Shown: one piece after another, positions 10,226 through 19,608 of the stretch | Numbering within the stretch: position 1 is the stretch's first letter | Layout of the letters: each line of letters starts with the position of its first letter | Source of the DNA: Patescibacteria group bacterium | GTDB taxonomy: Bacteria; Patescibacteriota; CPR2; UBA1875; CAIMLA01 | Reading direction: 5' to 3' | NCBI GenBank assembly: GCA_041738615.1 | Contig: JBGSPL010000001.1 | Location: 158,564-222,563 of the forward strand | DNA: 64,000 bases | Made by a program: the position numbers and the translations under genes | Notes under the pieces: model-generated | What the model was told of the DNA's origin: nothing | Seen by the model: only the letters and a program-made list of their open reading frames with translations | Databases searched by the model: none

Positions 10226-10317
10226 TTCTACTATTCTAGCAAGTTATACTGCTATCTGGAATATACAATTGAAAATTAGCTCCTCATGCGCTAGAATATA
10301 TCGGTAAATCAACCCGA

Positions 10318-10392
10318 TGGGGAGTCGCCAAGTGGTAAGGCACCGGTTTTTGGTACCGGCATTCGGGGGTTCGAGTCCCTCCTCCCCAGCCA
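10318..10392 (+). tRNA. tRNA-Gln (anticodon UUG)
   Basis: Cloverleaf read by eye: acceptor TGGGGAG/CTCCCCA, D-arm GCC-AAGTGGTAA-GGC, anticodon stem CCGGT/ACCGG with loop TTTTGGT, T-loop GGTTCGAGTCC, encoded CCA. Confidence 0.85.
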
Positions 10393-10433
10393 GAGAAAGG
10401 CTCCTCACTTGTGGGTGGCCTTTCTCTGTTTGT
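10393..10433 (+). terminator. Hairpin GAGAAAGGC...GCCTTTCTC after the tRNA, followed by TGTTTGT
   Basis: 9-bp inverted repeat immediately 3' of the tRNA. Confidence 0.5.
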
Positions 10434-10707
10434 AGGGTATGAGGGCGAGACCCCCGATATTGCCAAAACTGTGAGTTGGTGGAGACATAAATGAACTGTA
10501 TTGCTGTGTTTGAATAATAAGCACAGGTCTCCAAGATAGCGGTGAGAAGAAGGCTTGCCTTCGAGTCCCCGCCCGAACGGCTGTATACGTTCAGTCGCGC
10601 GGGCCTCCTACCCAGCCAAAAAGCAGTCACTCACTTGTCGGGAGACTTCTTTTTGTATTGCCTTAGATTCAATAGAAACGATGTGTTACACTTATTACAA
10701 TTAAGGG

Positions 10708-11493
10708 GTGGGTGTGAAGTTGGATTCTAAGGAAAGAACAAAATTTGCGAACGGCCGTTCTGGCGACAACATCTTTGTCAACGCCAAGCCGCTCGCTATC
10801 AGCTCGTATCGGAGCCCGAGAGCCATCGACTGGCAAGTTCTTTTTGTACATACGCGCCGAGTAAGCTTTGCTGCTCTGGGATTTCTCTGCGTCTCCTCAT
10901 TCGTTTTCCTCTCTACCCAATCCCCTTCCACCAAAACGACTGCACAGGACACCCAGAGCCTGCAGTACTCGGCAGCCGAGAATCCCCTATCCTTGACAAC
11001 CGCTGATAGTGCCACGACTACCGTTTCCCTCATTGGTCCTATCACTCGCCTCAAAGAAGCAGAAGACAAGGCCGAAAGTGATAAAGTGGGCATTGCTAGC
11101 GTGATATTGGCCCAGGTTTCAAGCAAAGGCAATTTTGAAGACACTTACGCATCTGCAGAGAAGAAATATGGAGTCTCGAGGTATTTACTGAAGGCAGTTC
11201 ACTACGTAGAAACCAGGCAAAAGGGTGACACCGATATCGAGAGTTACGCCGGAGCGCAAGGACCGATGCAGTTTATGCCAGAAACATTTGCAGCATATGC
11301 CCAGGATGGAGATGACGATGGCAGGAGGCAGATTACAGACGTTCACGATGCCATCTTCACAGCAGCAAAGCACCTGGCAATTCACGCCAAAACGAACGGT
11401 GGTATCAAGGCAGCACTATATAATTACAACCATAGTAACGCCTATGTGGAGCAGGTACTCTCTGTTGCGCGCGGGTTTGGATATACTCAGTAA
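10708..11493 (+). CDS. Membrane-anchored lytic transglycosylase (SLT domain) protein
   Basis: 261 aa, GTG start after AAGGGG; N-terminal TM; C-terminal ...ETRQKGDT...AGAQGPMQFMPETF... matches the SLT catalytic Glu and MQFxP motif. Confidence 0.72.
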   Translation: MGVKLDSKERTKFANGRSGDNIFVNAKPLAISSYRSPRAIDWQVLFVHTRRVSFAALGFLCVSSFVFLSTQSPSTKTTAQDTQSLQYSAAENPLSLTTADSATTTVSLIGPITRLKEAEDKAESDKVGIASVILAQVSSKGNFEDTYASAEKKYGVSRYLLKAVHYVETRQKGDTDIESYAGAQGPMQFMPETFAAYAQDGDDDGRRQITDVHDAIFTAAKHLAIHAKTNGGIKAALYNYNHSNAYVEQVLSVARGFGYTQ

Positions 11494-11518
11494 GTCCGTT
11501 CCCTCCCAGCCTTTTGCC

Positions 11519-11536
11519 GCGATTTGTGATATAATA
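11519..11536 (+). promoter_or_regulatory. Extended -10 promoter (TGaTATAAT) of an orphan transcription unit
   Basis: TGTGATATAAT at 11525-11535; no annotated gene downstream on this strand before terminator 11762. Confidence 0.45.
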
Positions 11537-11761
11537 TATCTATAGAAAATAAAGAGACTCAACTGAATAAGTTTATCGAGGACTACAACTCCCTTTTCAA
11601 CGTTCCAAACTATAAGGCGAATGTTGCTATTTGCGCTAGTTATCGGAAGGATCACGAAAACGAGTTCCGCACCTCGGATTGGGCTATCGAGAAGCATCGA
11701 AAGCGCTTTATGGACTGGATGTCACGGCAAAAGGAATCTGATCTCTCGGCTATTCAAAAAT

Positions 11762-11789
11762 AGAGACCCTTACTGGGTCTCTATTTTAG
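11762..11789. terminator. Bidirectional intrinsic terminator AGAGACCC-TTACT-GGGTCTCT
   Basis: Perfect 8-bp stem flanked by A-run and T-run, between convergent units. Confidence 0.7.
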
Positions 11790-12722
11790 ATCGGAAAGTA
11801 TATTATTGAGTTCCTCTTGACTCGAGACCAGCATCGCTCGTTTGCGAATGTCTTTTGCTCCTGCGAAGCCCTGAATATACCACCCTAGGTGTTTGCGCAT
11901 CATTCTCATGGCGTGCTCTTCGTCACCGACAAAATCAATCGTAGCTTGCGCTTGCCTTTTGATCACCTCGGAAATCTGCTCAAAAGTTATCTTATTATCT
12001 TTTTTAGTCTTAATCTCTTGAAATAGCCACGGCTTGCCCAGACATCCTCGTCCAACCATAATTCCTGAAAGCCCAGGAGTTTGTATTCTCTCTTGTGCAA
12101 TCCGCCAAGAGCTAATGTCGCCATTCCCGATGATTGGCATTTGGACCTGGGCGGTAATTTCTGCAATTTTGTCCCAGTCAGCCTCGCCAGAGTAGCCTTC
12201 TTTAGTGGTCCGACCGTGTATGGTGACCGCATCGATACCGATTTTTTCAAGTTCGAGGATAAATGGTAAAACATCTTTTTCCATCCAACCCAAGCGAACT
12301 TTAACCGATAGTTGGCCATGATAACCATCCCTCACCTTTTTCATTAGCTCGAGGGCTTTCGGATAGTCTTTGAGTAGGGCCGATCCGCATTCATTACCGG
12401 TTATCTTTGGTGCCGGACAACCCATATTGATGTCGATTCCTGCAGGCTTCAGTTCCTTCGCAACAATATTTGCAGCCTTTGCAATAGTGTCGCCATCGTA
12501 ACCGAAAATCTGCACAATCACCGGCTGCTCCTCCGGAAGAAAAGAGGCAATTCGGAGCGTTCTTTTGGGATTGTGAGTGATGGCGTTGGCTGAAAACATT
12601 GGTGTAAAAACGATATCGGCACCAAATTCTTTGCAAATTGAACGAAATGGCAGAGTCGTAATATCTGCCATAGGTGCCAGCACAACTGCCGGCTTTTTGA
12701 TTGTTGACCAAGCGAAAGCCAA
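11781..12722 (-). CDS. dus: tRNA-dihydrouridine synthase (Dus family)
   Basis: 313 aa; LAPMADITTLPFR...TIHGRT...PIIGNGDI TIM-barrel FMN motifs. Confidence 0.85.
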   Translation of the reverse strand: MAFAWSTIKKPAVVLAPMADITTLPFRSICKEFGADIVFTPMFSANAITHNPKRTLRIASFLPEEQPVIVQIFGYDGDTIAKAANIVAKELKPAGIDINMGCPAPKITGNECGSALLKDYPKALELMKKVRDGYHGQLSVKVRLGWMEKDVLPFILELEKIGIDAVTIHGRTTKEGYSGEADWDKIAEITAQVQMPIIGNGDISSWRIAQERIQTPGLSGIMVGRGCLGKPWLFQEIKTKKDNKITFEQISEVIKRQAQATIDFVGDEEHAMRMMRKHLGWYIQGFAGAKDIRKRAMLVSSQEELNNILSDLK

Positions 12723-12724
12723 GG

Positions 12725-14119
12725 TTATATCTTCCTTATTTTCTGGCCGTCTTTTGTGTCCTCTACCTCAAAACCTAGCGCAAGAATCTTAGCGCGGAGC
12801 TCATCGGAAGCAGCAAAGTCCTTGCTCTCTCTGGCAATCTCCCGTTTCTCAAGCAACGATCCTACCTTGGCCGGTGTCGTCACGATTCCGCTCTCATCTA
12901 GATCAAGGGCTAGGACGCGGTCGACATTTTGGAAAAAATGGAGGGCAACATCGGCATCGGACTTTGTCATTCCTTGTACAAAAGATTTGTTCACTTCTTT
13001 TAGGTAAACAAAAAGTGCAGCCAAGGCCTTCGGCGTGTTTAAATCGTCTTCAAGAGCTGCCACAAAGTCCTTCTCGGCATTCTTTGTTGCAACAACTAAG
13101 CTGCTAGTTGAGTCTTCTGAATATTTGATTCCCTTTAGCTCGGCGACGGTCATAAGCAGTTTCTGCCTGGTGTTGCGTGCCTGAACGATTGAGGCATCGG
13201 TGAAATTCATCTTTTCGCGATAATGCGACATCAGGCAAAGCATGCGAAAATCAAGTGGTTCTACCTGAAATTTCGCAACGATATCATCGAGGGTGTAGAA
13301 GTTGTGTAATGACTTCGACATCTTGGCGCCGTTTATCATCATGTGTTCCGGATGGAACCATAATTTCGCAAAGGGTTTGCCGGTACTGGCTTCGCTTTGT
13401 GCGATCTCGTTTTCGTGATGTGGGAATACAAGATCCACCGCACCTGCATGTATGTCCATAGTCTCACCGAGGTAGCGCATGCTCATAGCGGAACACTCGA
13501 TGTGCCATCCGGGACGACCTTCCCCAAATGGCGCTTCCCATGATGGCTCCCCTTCTTTTTTAGCCTTCCAAAGAACAAAATCCTGGGCATTCTCTTTGTC
13601 GTACTCATCCTGGTCGACACGGGCACCTTCTTTTAGTCCTTTAAAGTCGAGATTCGCCAGTTTGCCATATTCGGCAAATTTTACAATCGAAAAATAGATA
13701 CTGCCATCCTCTGATTTGTAGGCAAAGCCCTTATCCAAAAGGTCCGAAACCAGGGTAATCATGGAGTCGATTTCTTTGGTAGCCCTCGGCATATGTTCTG
13801 GAAGTTCGAAGTTGATGGCTTCGAGGTCTTTTAGGAAAAGTTTTGTGTATTTCTCGGAAATCTCGCTAATTTCGCTCTTATTCTCATTCGCCGCTTTGAT
13901 AATCTTGTCGTCAATGTCGGTAATATTCATCACTTCGTTTATCTGATAGCCCAAAAACTCTAGGGTCCTACGGAGTAGATCTTCGTTAACATAAGTCCTG
14001 AGATTGCCAATGTGCGCAGAGTTGTATACCGTGGGACCACAAATATAGATTTTTACTGGATTGGTTTTCTCTTTTTGGAAATCCTCTTTCTGTTTGGCGA
14101 GTGTGTTGTAGAGTTTCAT
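12725..14119 (-). CDS. cysS: Cysteinyl-tRNA synthetase
   Basis: 464 aa; HIGN (HIGH), KMSKS, Zn-binding Cys, C-terminal DALR-like domain. Confidence 0.93.
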   Translation of the reverse strand: MKLYNTLAKQKEDFQKEKTNPVKIYICGPTVYNSAHIGNLRTYVNEDLLRRTLEFLGYQINEVMNITDIDDKIIKAANENKSEISEISEKYTKLFLKDLEAINFELPEHMPRATKEIDSMITLVSDLLDKGFAYKSEDGSIYFSIVKFAEYGKLANLDFKGLKEGARVDQDEYDKENAQDFVLWKAKKEGEPSWEAPFGEGRPGWHIECSAMSMRYLGETMDIHAGAVDLVFPHHENEIAQSEASTGKPFAKLWFHPEHMMINGAKMSKSLHNFYTLDDIVAKFQVEPLDFRMLCLMSHYREKMNFTDASIVQARNTRQKLLMTVAELKGIKYSEDSTSSLVVATKNAEKDFVAALEDDLNTPKALAALFVYLKEVNKSFVQGMTKSDADVALHFFQNVDRVLALDLDESGIVTTPAKVGSLLEKREIARESKDFAASDELRAKILALGFEVEDTKDGQKIRKI

Positions 14120-15861
14120 GTGAGATATCCTCCAGATTGAATTTCAAATAGTTTTGAGTAAATTCCCTTTTGGGCTACGAGGTCGCTGTGGGTCCCCATC
14201 TCCGAGATGCGCCCCTTGTCCATTACGACAATTATATCAGCTTTCATCACTGTAGATAGTCTATGCGCGATTATAATCGTCGTTTTTCCCTCAATAAGGC
14301 GCCACAGCGCGTCCTGGATTAGCTGCTCACTTTCGGAGTCTAGACTGGAAGTAGCCTCGTCCAGCACCAAGATTGGTGGGTTTTTTAGGATTGCGCGAGC
14401 GATGTTGATACGTTGCTGCTCACCTCCGGAGAGCTTTACTCCACGCTCCCCTACGACCGTCTCGTATTTACTCGGTAGATTCGCAATAAACAGGTCTGCG
14501 TTCGCTTGTTTCGCCGCTATCTCGATCTCTTTACGTTTTGCGCTTGGTCTGGAGTAAGCAATGTTTTCTGCAACTGAATTATTGAACAGAATTGAATCCT
14601 GGAGTACGACCCCAATACCTTCCCTGAGGGATTTCTGGGTCACGTCGCAAACGTTCTGTCCATCTATGGTGATAATCCCCTTTTGTGTATCGTAGAAGCG
14701 TGAGAGAAGCTTTACGAGCGTGGTCTTGCCAGAGCCGCTCTTCCCTACTATCGCTAGGACTTTCCCCGCCGGCACTTCCAGGCTGAGATTCTTGACTACT
14801 TTGTGGTCTTTATATCCGAAGGTTATGTTTTTGAAACAGATACTACCCTTGGTGACTTTCAATTTCTTGGCATTTGGATTGTCAACAATCTCGGATTCTG
14901 TGTCGAGAAGCTCAAACACTCGCTTTACGCTGCGCATCTTTTTCTGCACATCGTCAATCAGCCTTGTGATATACCAAAGTGGCTGCATGGAGCGGTTGGT
15001 GTATTGCCATGCGAGGGTAAAGGCACCGAGAGTAATCTCGCCTGTAATGGTCCAGTAGACTCCCAGACCGATAATGGCAATCTGAGTAAAGTCCATAGCT
15101 AGGAGACGAAAGATATTCATAAATATCCTTCGCGACACATATTTGATATCGAGCCTTATGGATTCCAGTAGCTGGCTGATAAAGGCCTTTAGGTGTCGGT
15201 CTTCGGTTGCATAAGACTTGATCGTCTTAATATTGATGATTGATTCGGTCATGATCCCAGAAAGTTTCTCGTTGGAGTCCCTAGACTTGTCCTGGATTTG
15301 CAGCAGCAGTGGTGAGAATTTGAGACTGATAAGGATAAATATCGGGGCACTAGCCATCAGAATGGTACCAAAAACCCAGTTGACCGAGAAAAGGATTCCG
15401 GCTGCAATTAGGATGTAGATAAACTGTGGGACAATCTCGGTAAGAGTAGCCTCGATAATGTCGTTTAGCTCCCAGACTCCCTTGTCGATTCTTTCTTTGA
15501 TTTTACCTACACTATTATTCTCAAAGTAATTTAGTGACAATGATTCGAGATGTGCGTAGACCCTCCTAGAGAGAATTTCGCGAGTTTTGTTGTACCAGAG
15601 AACGGTATAGTAAAAATTGACCTGTCCAAAGGCGTCATTTGCGATCCAAAGGGTCGCGTAAAGTGCGATGGCTTGCCAAAATGAAGGAGGTACAGCCGTA
15701 GAACCGGACTTCGCTGCCTCGCCGATAACATCAAAAAGCATCTTGAAAGCCAAGGGAATAGCAACATTAAAGGCAATCGAGACCGTAACGGTCGCGAGAG
15801 CGATAAACATTAGTTTCTTGTCACTGGCTGCAAGCCTTAGGGCTCGCCAAAAATCACGCAT
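14116..15861 (-). CDS. ABC transporter, fused permease/ATP-binding exporter (MsbA-like)
   Basis: 581 aa; 6-TM domain then Walker A GKSGSGKTT, signature LSGGEQQR, Walker B ILVLDEATS. Confidence 0.9.
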   Translation of the reverse strand: MRDFWRALRLAASDKKLMFIALATVTVSIAFNVAIPLAFKMLFDVIGEAAKSGSTAVPPSFWQAIALYATLWIANDAFGQVNFYYTVLWYNKTREILSRRVYAHLESLSLNYFENNSVGKIKERIDKGVWELNDIIEATLTEIVPQFIYILIAAGILFSVNWVFGTILMASAPIFILISLKFSPLLLQIQDKSRDSNEKLSGIMTESIINIKTIKSYATEDRHLKAFISQLLESIRLDIKYVSRRIFMNIFRLLAMDFTQIAIIGLGVYWTITGEITLGAFTLAWQYTNRSMQPLWYITRLIDDVQKKMRSVKRVFELLDTESEIVDNPNAKKLKVTKGSICFKNITFGYKDHKVVKNLSLEVPAGKVLAIVGKSGSGKTTLVKLLSRFYDTQKGIITIDGQNVCDVTQKSLREGIGVVLQDSILFNNSVAENIAYSRPSAKRKEIEIAAKQANADLFIANLPSKYETVVGERGVKLSGGEQQRINIARAILKNPPILVLDEATSSLDSESEQLIQDALWRLIEGKTTIIIAHRLSTVMKADIIVVMDKGRISEMGTHSDLVAQKGIYSKLFEIQSGGYLT

Positions 15862-15914
15862 TTTTACTCCTTTGCATGGCCATTATATCCCAAAGCGGTC
15901 AGTAATTGTAGCTG

Positions 15915-16514
15915 TTAGTACTCGCGTCTGCCCTCTAGGGCTCGCGAAAGAGTCACCTCATCTGCATATTCCAGGTCTCCACCCACCGGTAGCCCCCTGG
16001 CAATTCTAGTAATAGAGATGCCTTGAGGGGAAATAATCTTTTGAAGATAGAGGGCGGTAGTTTCACCTTCGAGTGTGGGGTTGGTGGCGATTACCAGCTC
16101 TTCTACACGTCCATCTTTGATACGCGCAACTAGCTGAGAGATAAATAGCTCGTCTGGACCAATGCCGTCAACAGGTGATATTACGCCCCCCAGGACGTGG
16201 TAGAGACCTTTGTAGCTACCCGAGCGTTCAAGTGCCACCACGTCCAGTGGCTCGCCCACCACACATATCTTGCTCCCATCTCTGGTAGTGTCGCTGCAGA
16301 TTGAGCAGATCTCACTGTCTGTAAAGTTACAACAAACCTTACAAAACGTAATTCCCTGCTTCAGGCTGCTAGCTGCTGCGCCTAGGTCTAGAGCACTCTT
16401 ATCCGCCTTGCGCAGAAGATAAAAAGTAAGCCTCTGAGCGGTCTTTGGACCGATTCCAGGAAGCTTCGCAAATTCATCGATGAGATTCTGCACACTCGTT
16501 GGGATAATATTCAA
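15915..16514 (-). CDS. recR: Recombination protein RecR
   Basis: 199 aa; HhH KLPGIGPKTAQRL, C4 zinc finger CKVCCNFTDSEICSIC, Toprim domain. Confidence 0.93.
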   Translation of the reverse strand: MNIIPTSVQNLIDEFAKLPGIGPKTAQRLTFYLLRKADKSALDLGAAASSLKQGITFCKVCCNFTDSEICSICSDTTRDGSKICVVGEPLDVVALERSGSYKGLYHVLGGVISPVDGIGPDELFISQLVARIKDGRVEELVIATNPTLEGETTALYLQKIISPQGISITRIARGLPVGGDLEYADEVTLSRALEGRREY

Positions 16515-16529
16515 AACTTGGTTTCCTTA

Positions 16530-16832
16530 CTACTGCATTCCAGGGAAGCCGCCAAAATCCCCAATTTCCTTCATAATATTGGCTGAGTATTCCTGAGATC
16601 TTTTGACCGAAGATTCGATGGCTGATTTGATGTCTTTTTCTAGAACATCAAGTTTGTCGATCTCAATATCATCTTTGTTGAGCACAACTTTCTGAATTTT
16701 CTGCTCGCCATTCATAACAATTGTTACGGCGCCGGATTCCACGGTAAAGACTTCGGATTTGAGTTTCTTCTGAATCTCGCGTGCTTTCTTGATAAAGTCG
16801 AGTTGTTCCTTTGCTTTTCCAAACATAGCCAT
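16530..16832 (-). CDS. ybaB: Nucleoid-associated protein YbaB/EbfC
   Basis: 100 aa, MAMFGKAKEQLDF...VTIVMNGEQKIQKVVL typical YbaB. Confidence 0.88.
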   Translation of the reverse strand: MAMFGKAKEQLDFIKKAREIQKKLKSEVFTVESGAVTIVMNGEQKIQKVVLNKDDIEIDKLDVLEKDIKSAIESSVKRSQEYSANIMKEIGDFGGFPGMQ

Positions 16833-16890
16833 AATAAAACCCCTTCTTAATAACAGAGTCCATTATACAAGAAGGGGTCGTGCTTGTAAA

Positions 16891-18681
16891 TTAGCGCTTT
16901 TTGAGGTCGTAGATTAGGATAGAGCCACCGATGTTTGTGATCGGGGTCTCTGAATCTAACCAGGCATAGTCCATGCCCCCATTCGCCTCTTTCTTGAGCT
17001 TGGAGTTCTGGTAGAAGGTAGCCGAGATGGCAAAACAACCAGTGGGTTTGCCATTTTGTACGTGCCACTCTATCATGCGATCCCGGCCTATATAGTAGGC
17101 CGCAGGCATGCTACCCGGGAAGACATCAACGTAAGTTTGGTACTGACACTTGTGTTCTTTACTCAGCTCACTAGTCTTGATCCACTCAGAGAGTCTTTTT
17201 ACGTCCTGACCCCAGTCGAGGTTTGAATCTGTCAGGTATTTATAACCATTCTGATAGCCACCCACGAATTCATTAAAGTAAGATAGGTAGTGAGGATAAG
17301 TCGTAAGAGAACCGACAACATACCAAATCAACAATATCACTACTATTGCTCCTGCGGCACCTTGCTTCCATTGCCTACTAATAACATTCTTTATAGTGCC
17401 AAAGTCGATCAAGTTACCGAGTCTCGATAGAGCCACGAACAAGAATGGGAATATCGGTAACATGTACCGAATGCCTAGATTGATACTACCCTGCATTCCC
17501 ATGGCGAGCAGAACTATTGGTAGAATCCAAAGATAAATCTCCGTAAACCATCCTTTCCACTCCAGCTGTTTTCTAAACAAGAACAACAGAATCATGAAAA
17601 TGAAGATAGGTATAGCGGTTTTTAGCGCCAAGACTACGGGGTAGTAGTACCACCAACCCTTGTTGGAGGTCATGCCCAATAGAAATGCGTCATGCCCGCC
17701 TTCTACATGTCCGGCAACCATTGAGAAGCCAAGCAAATACTGAGCCATAGGTTTAAGGACTACGTTGTCAGACATGCCAGCTAGCGTATCGGAAACTACA
17801 TTTTTCGGCATAGACTCGTAGATAAGATTCTTCTGGACTTCTGCTGGCATATTCATAGTGTGAAAGAAGTAGAAACCCCACATCATAATTACACCAGTAA
17901 TACAGATAACGGCGAACGAGACTAGGGCAGACACAAAGCGTTTAGAAAGTTTTTCATCGAAGATGCCTGTCAGTATATCGGTTTTTTTCTCAGTCCCCTT
18001 GCGGAATACTAGCATCAAGAAGACGACGACATAAGTCGGTGCCAAGACAGCGGCTGAAAACTTGGAAACTAACGCAACAAAGAAAGTAAATGCTGCCAGC
18101 AGCATGCTCTTCTTGGTCGGCTTTTCGAAATAGTAATATAGGGCCATCATGTTCAGGAAGAAAGCGAAAGATATCCCTAGGTCAGTAGTGACAAATCTAC
18201 CGTGCGCAATGATGCTTGCATCAAAGGCCAGGAGTGTAAGAGCAAAAATACCGGCTTTGGGACCGAATAATTTCTTCGACCAAAGAAAAACTAATAACCC
18301 AAGTGTAAGGGTAATAAGCATCATCGGTATGTGTGAGGCCATCAGAATCTTGGCGGGATCATTGCCCGCTGTTTCATAGATAAATTTCCAGCCCATTTGC
18401 CACTGGTTGTTTATAACGGGAAGATTGGCTCTCCAGTAATCATAGGGAAACTTAAGATTCAGAAAAAGTAATGGTACAGCTGCTAAGTCTTTGATCAGTG
18501 GTGGATGTTCTGGGTTTAGCCTGTAATCACCTGTCGTTATGTAGCTATAGCCAGATGGGATGTGTGCGATTTCATCGACAATCGCCGAGTCCCCTTTTGA
18601 AGAGTAAAACATGGTAACAAACATTACCCCGAGGATTACCGGAACAAGCGCCCAGTACCAGTACCTTTTAAATAGATTCAT
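16891..18681 (-). CDS. GT-C fold membrane glycosyltransferase (ArnT/PMT/GtrC-like, family 39/83)
   Basis: 596 aa, >10 TM helices, DE-containing first loop (VDEIAHIPSGYSY), large C-terminal extracytoplasmic domain. Confidence 0.7.
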   Translation of the reverse strand: MNLFKRYWYWALVPVILGVMFVTMFYSSKGDSAIVDEIAHIPSGYSYITTGDYRLNPEHPPLIKDLAAVPLLFLNLKFPYDYWRANLPVINNQWQMGWKFIYETAGNDPAKILMASHIPMMLITLTLGLLVFLWSKKLFGPKAGIFALTLLAFDASIIAHGRFVTTDLGISFAFFLNMMALYYYFEKPTKKSMLLAAFTFFVALVSKFSAAVLAPTYVVVFLMLVFRKGTEKKTDILTGIFDEKLSKRFVSALVSFAVICITGVIMMWGFYFFHTMNMPAEVQKNLIYESMPKNVVSDTLAGMSDNVVLKPMAQYLLGFSMVAGHVEGGHDAFLLGMTSNKGWWYYYPVVLALKTAIPIFIFMILLFLFRKQLEWKGWFTEIYLWILPIVLLAMGMQGSINLGIRYMLPIFPFLFVALSRLGNLIDFGTIKNVISRQWKQGAAGAIVVILLIWYVVGSLTTYPHYLSYFNEFVGGYQNGYKYLTDSNLDWGQDVKRLSEWIKTSELSKEHKCQYQTYVDVFPGSMPAAYYIGRDRMIEWHVQNGKPTGCFAISATFYQNSKLKKEANGGMDYAWLDSETPITNIGGSILIYDLKKR

Positions 18682-18698
18682 AGTGTCCCTCCTAGAAA

Positions 18699-19580
18699 TT
18701 ATTTAGTTATGATGTATTCGTTATAGGTATTACCTAGCTTACGTCTAGCATGTCTCTTCGAATATTTACCAACCATCAGATTTCGCATGATCACCGCAAT
18801 GTCCGTAAAGGAGCTAAGGATGGCAGAACTTCCTACCTTGGAGCCCTCCTCGTCTATCCACTGCACAGGTACCTCAATAATCTTTAGTTTGTACTTTTGC
18901 GCGATTGACAGGTACTCCGTATCGAACCCGAAACCTGGGATTGTCTGGAGTGAAGCGAGGAGTTTTGTAACATCTTGACGGTAGAGTTTAAATCCGCAGC
19001 GTTGATCGATATAGCTCTGGTTCAAAAATATAGTGAAGAGAAAGTTACCGCCACGCGAGACAAGCTGTCGGAACCTTCCTTGCTTGCCGATAGCCTGGTA
19101 GTCCTTGCTGTGACCAAAGACTAATACTTCCACGATACTCTTGATGCCGTGGAAGACACCACCAAACCAGTTCGGTTTGTATGGATGCGGGTTCTTGATA
19201 TAGCGAGAACCGAGGACAATGTCGTACTTATCTGCGAACTGGAGAAGCTTATCAATTTCTGTGATCGGTGTGGAGTTATCAGCATCCATAAACATGACAT
19301 ACTTGCCCCTGGCGTCGGCAAAACCGCGCTGAATGCCTGCCCCTTTGCCCTTTGGTTCATTTACTTTTGGTTCTAAGTATCTAAAATGCTTTATCTCTGC
19401 AGCATACTTCTTTGCAATTTCGATAGACCTGTCCGTACTTTTGTCGTCGCTAAGGATAACTTCACAGTTAAACTTTGCATTTCTAGTGTATTCATCAATT
19501 ACCTTGAGTGTTTTCTCTATCCTAGCTTCTTCATTGAAGAAAGAGATGATTATCGAGAGATAAATTTCTTCTTCTGCCAT
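18699..19580 (-). CDS. GT2 polyprenyl-phosphate sugar transferase (GtrB/ArnC/Dpm1-like)
   Basis: 293 aa; SIIISFFNEE...ILSDDKSTDRS...FMDADNSTP (DxD) GT-A motifs. Confidence 0.85.
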   Translation of the reverse strand: MAEEEIYLSIIISFFNEEARIEKTLKVIDEYTRNAKFNCEVILSDDKSTDRSIEIAKKYAAEIKHFRYLEPKVNEPKGKGAGIQRGFADARGKYVMFMDADNSTPITEIDKLLQFADKYDIVLGSRYIKNPHPYKPNWFGGVFHGIKSIVEVLVFGHSKDYQAIGKQGRFRQLVSRGGNFLFTIFLNQSYIDQRCGFKLYRQDVTKLLASLQTIPGFGFDTEYLSIAQKYKLKIIEVPVQWIDEEGSKVGSSAILSSFTDIAVIMRNLMVGKYSKRHARRKLGNTYNEYIITK

Positions 19581-19608
19581 TGGGCCTCCTTATCAATAGT
19601 ATAACTCG

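Noticed and set aside
10244-10630. 128-aa and 60-aa minus-strand ORFs
   Set aside because: They overlap the tRNA-Gln and its terminator and are non-coding
10430-10700. Possible tmRNA, SRP RNA or RNase P RNA in the 315-nt spacer after tRNA-Gln
   Set aside because: There is no GGGG...CCACCA tmRNA acceptor pairing, no SRP domain IV GGAAGCAG-type motif, and no RNase P P4 strands (AGGAAAGUCCGGGCUCC / ACAGAACCCGGCUUA). The region is kept only as an unexplained tRNA-end duplicate or possible sRNA
11540-11785. 6S RNA or SRP RNA identity for the orphan transcript
   Set aside because: No conserved SRP motif is present, and 6S cannot be asserted without a fold. It is left as an unclassified candidate
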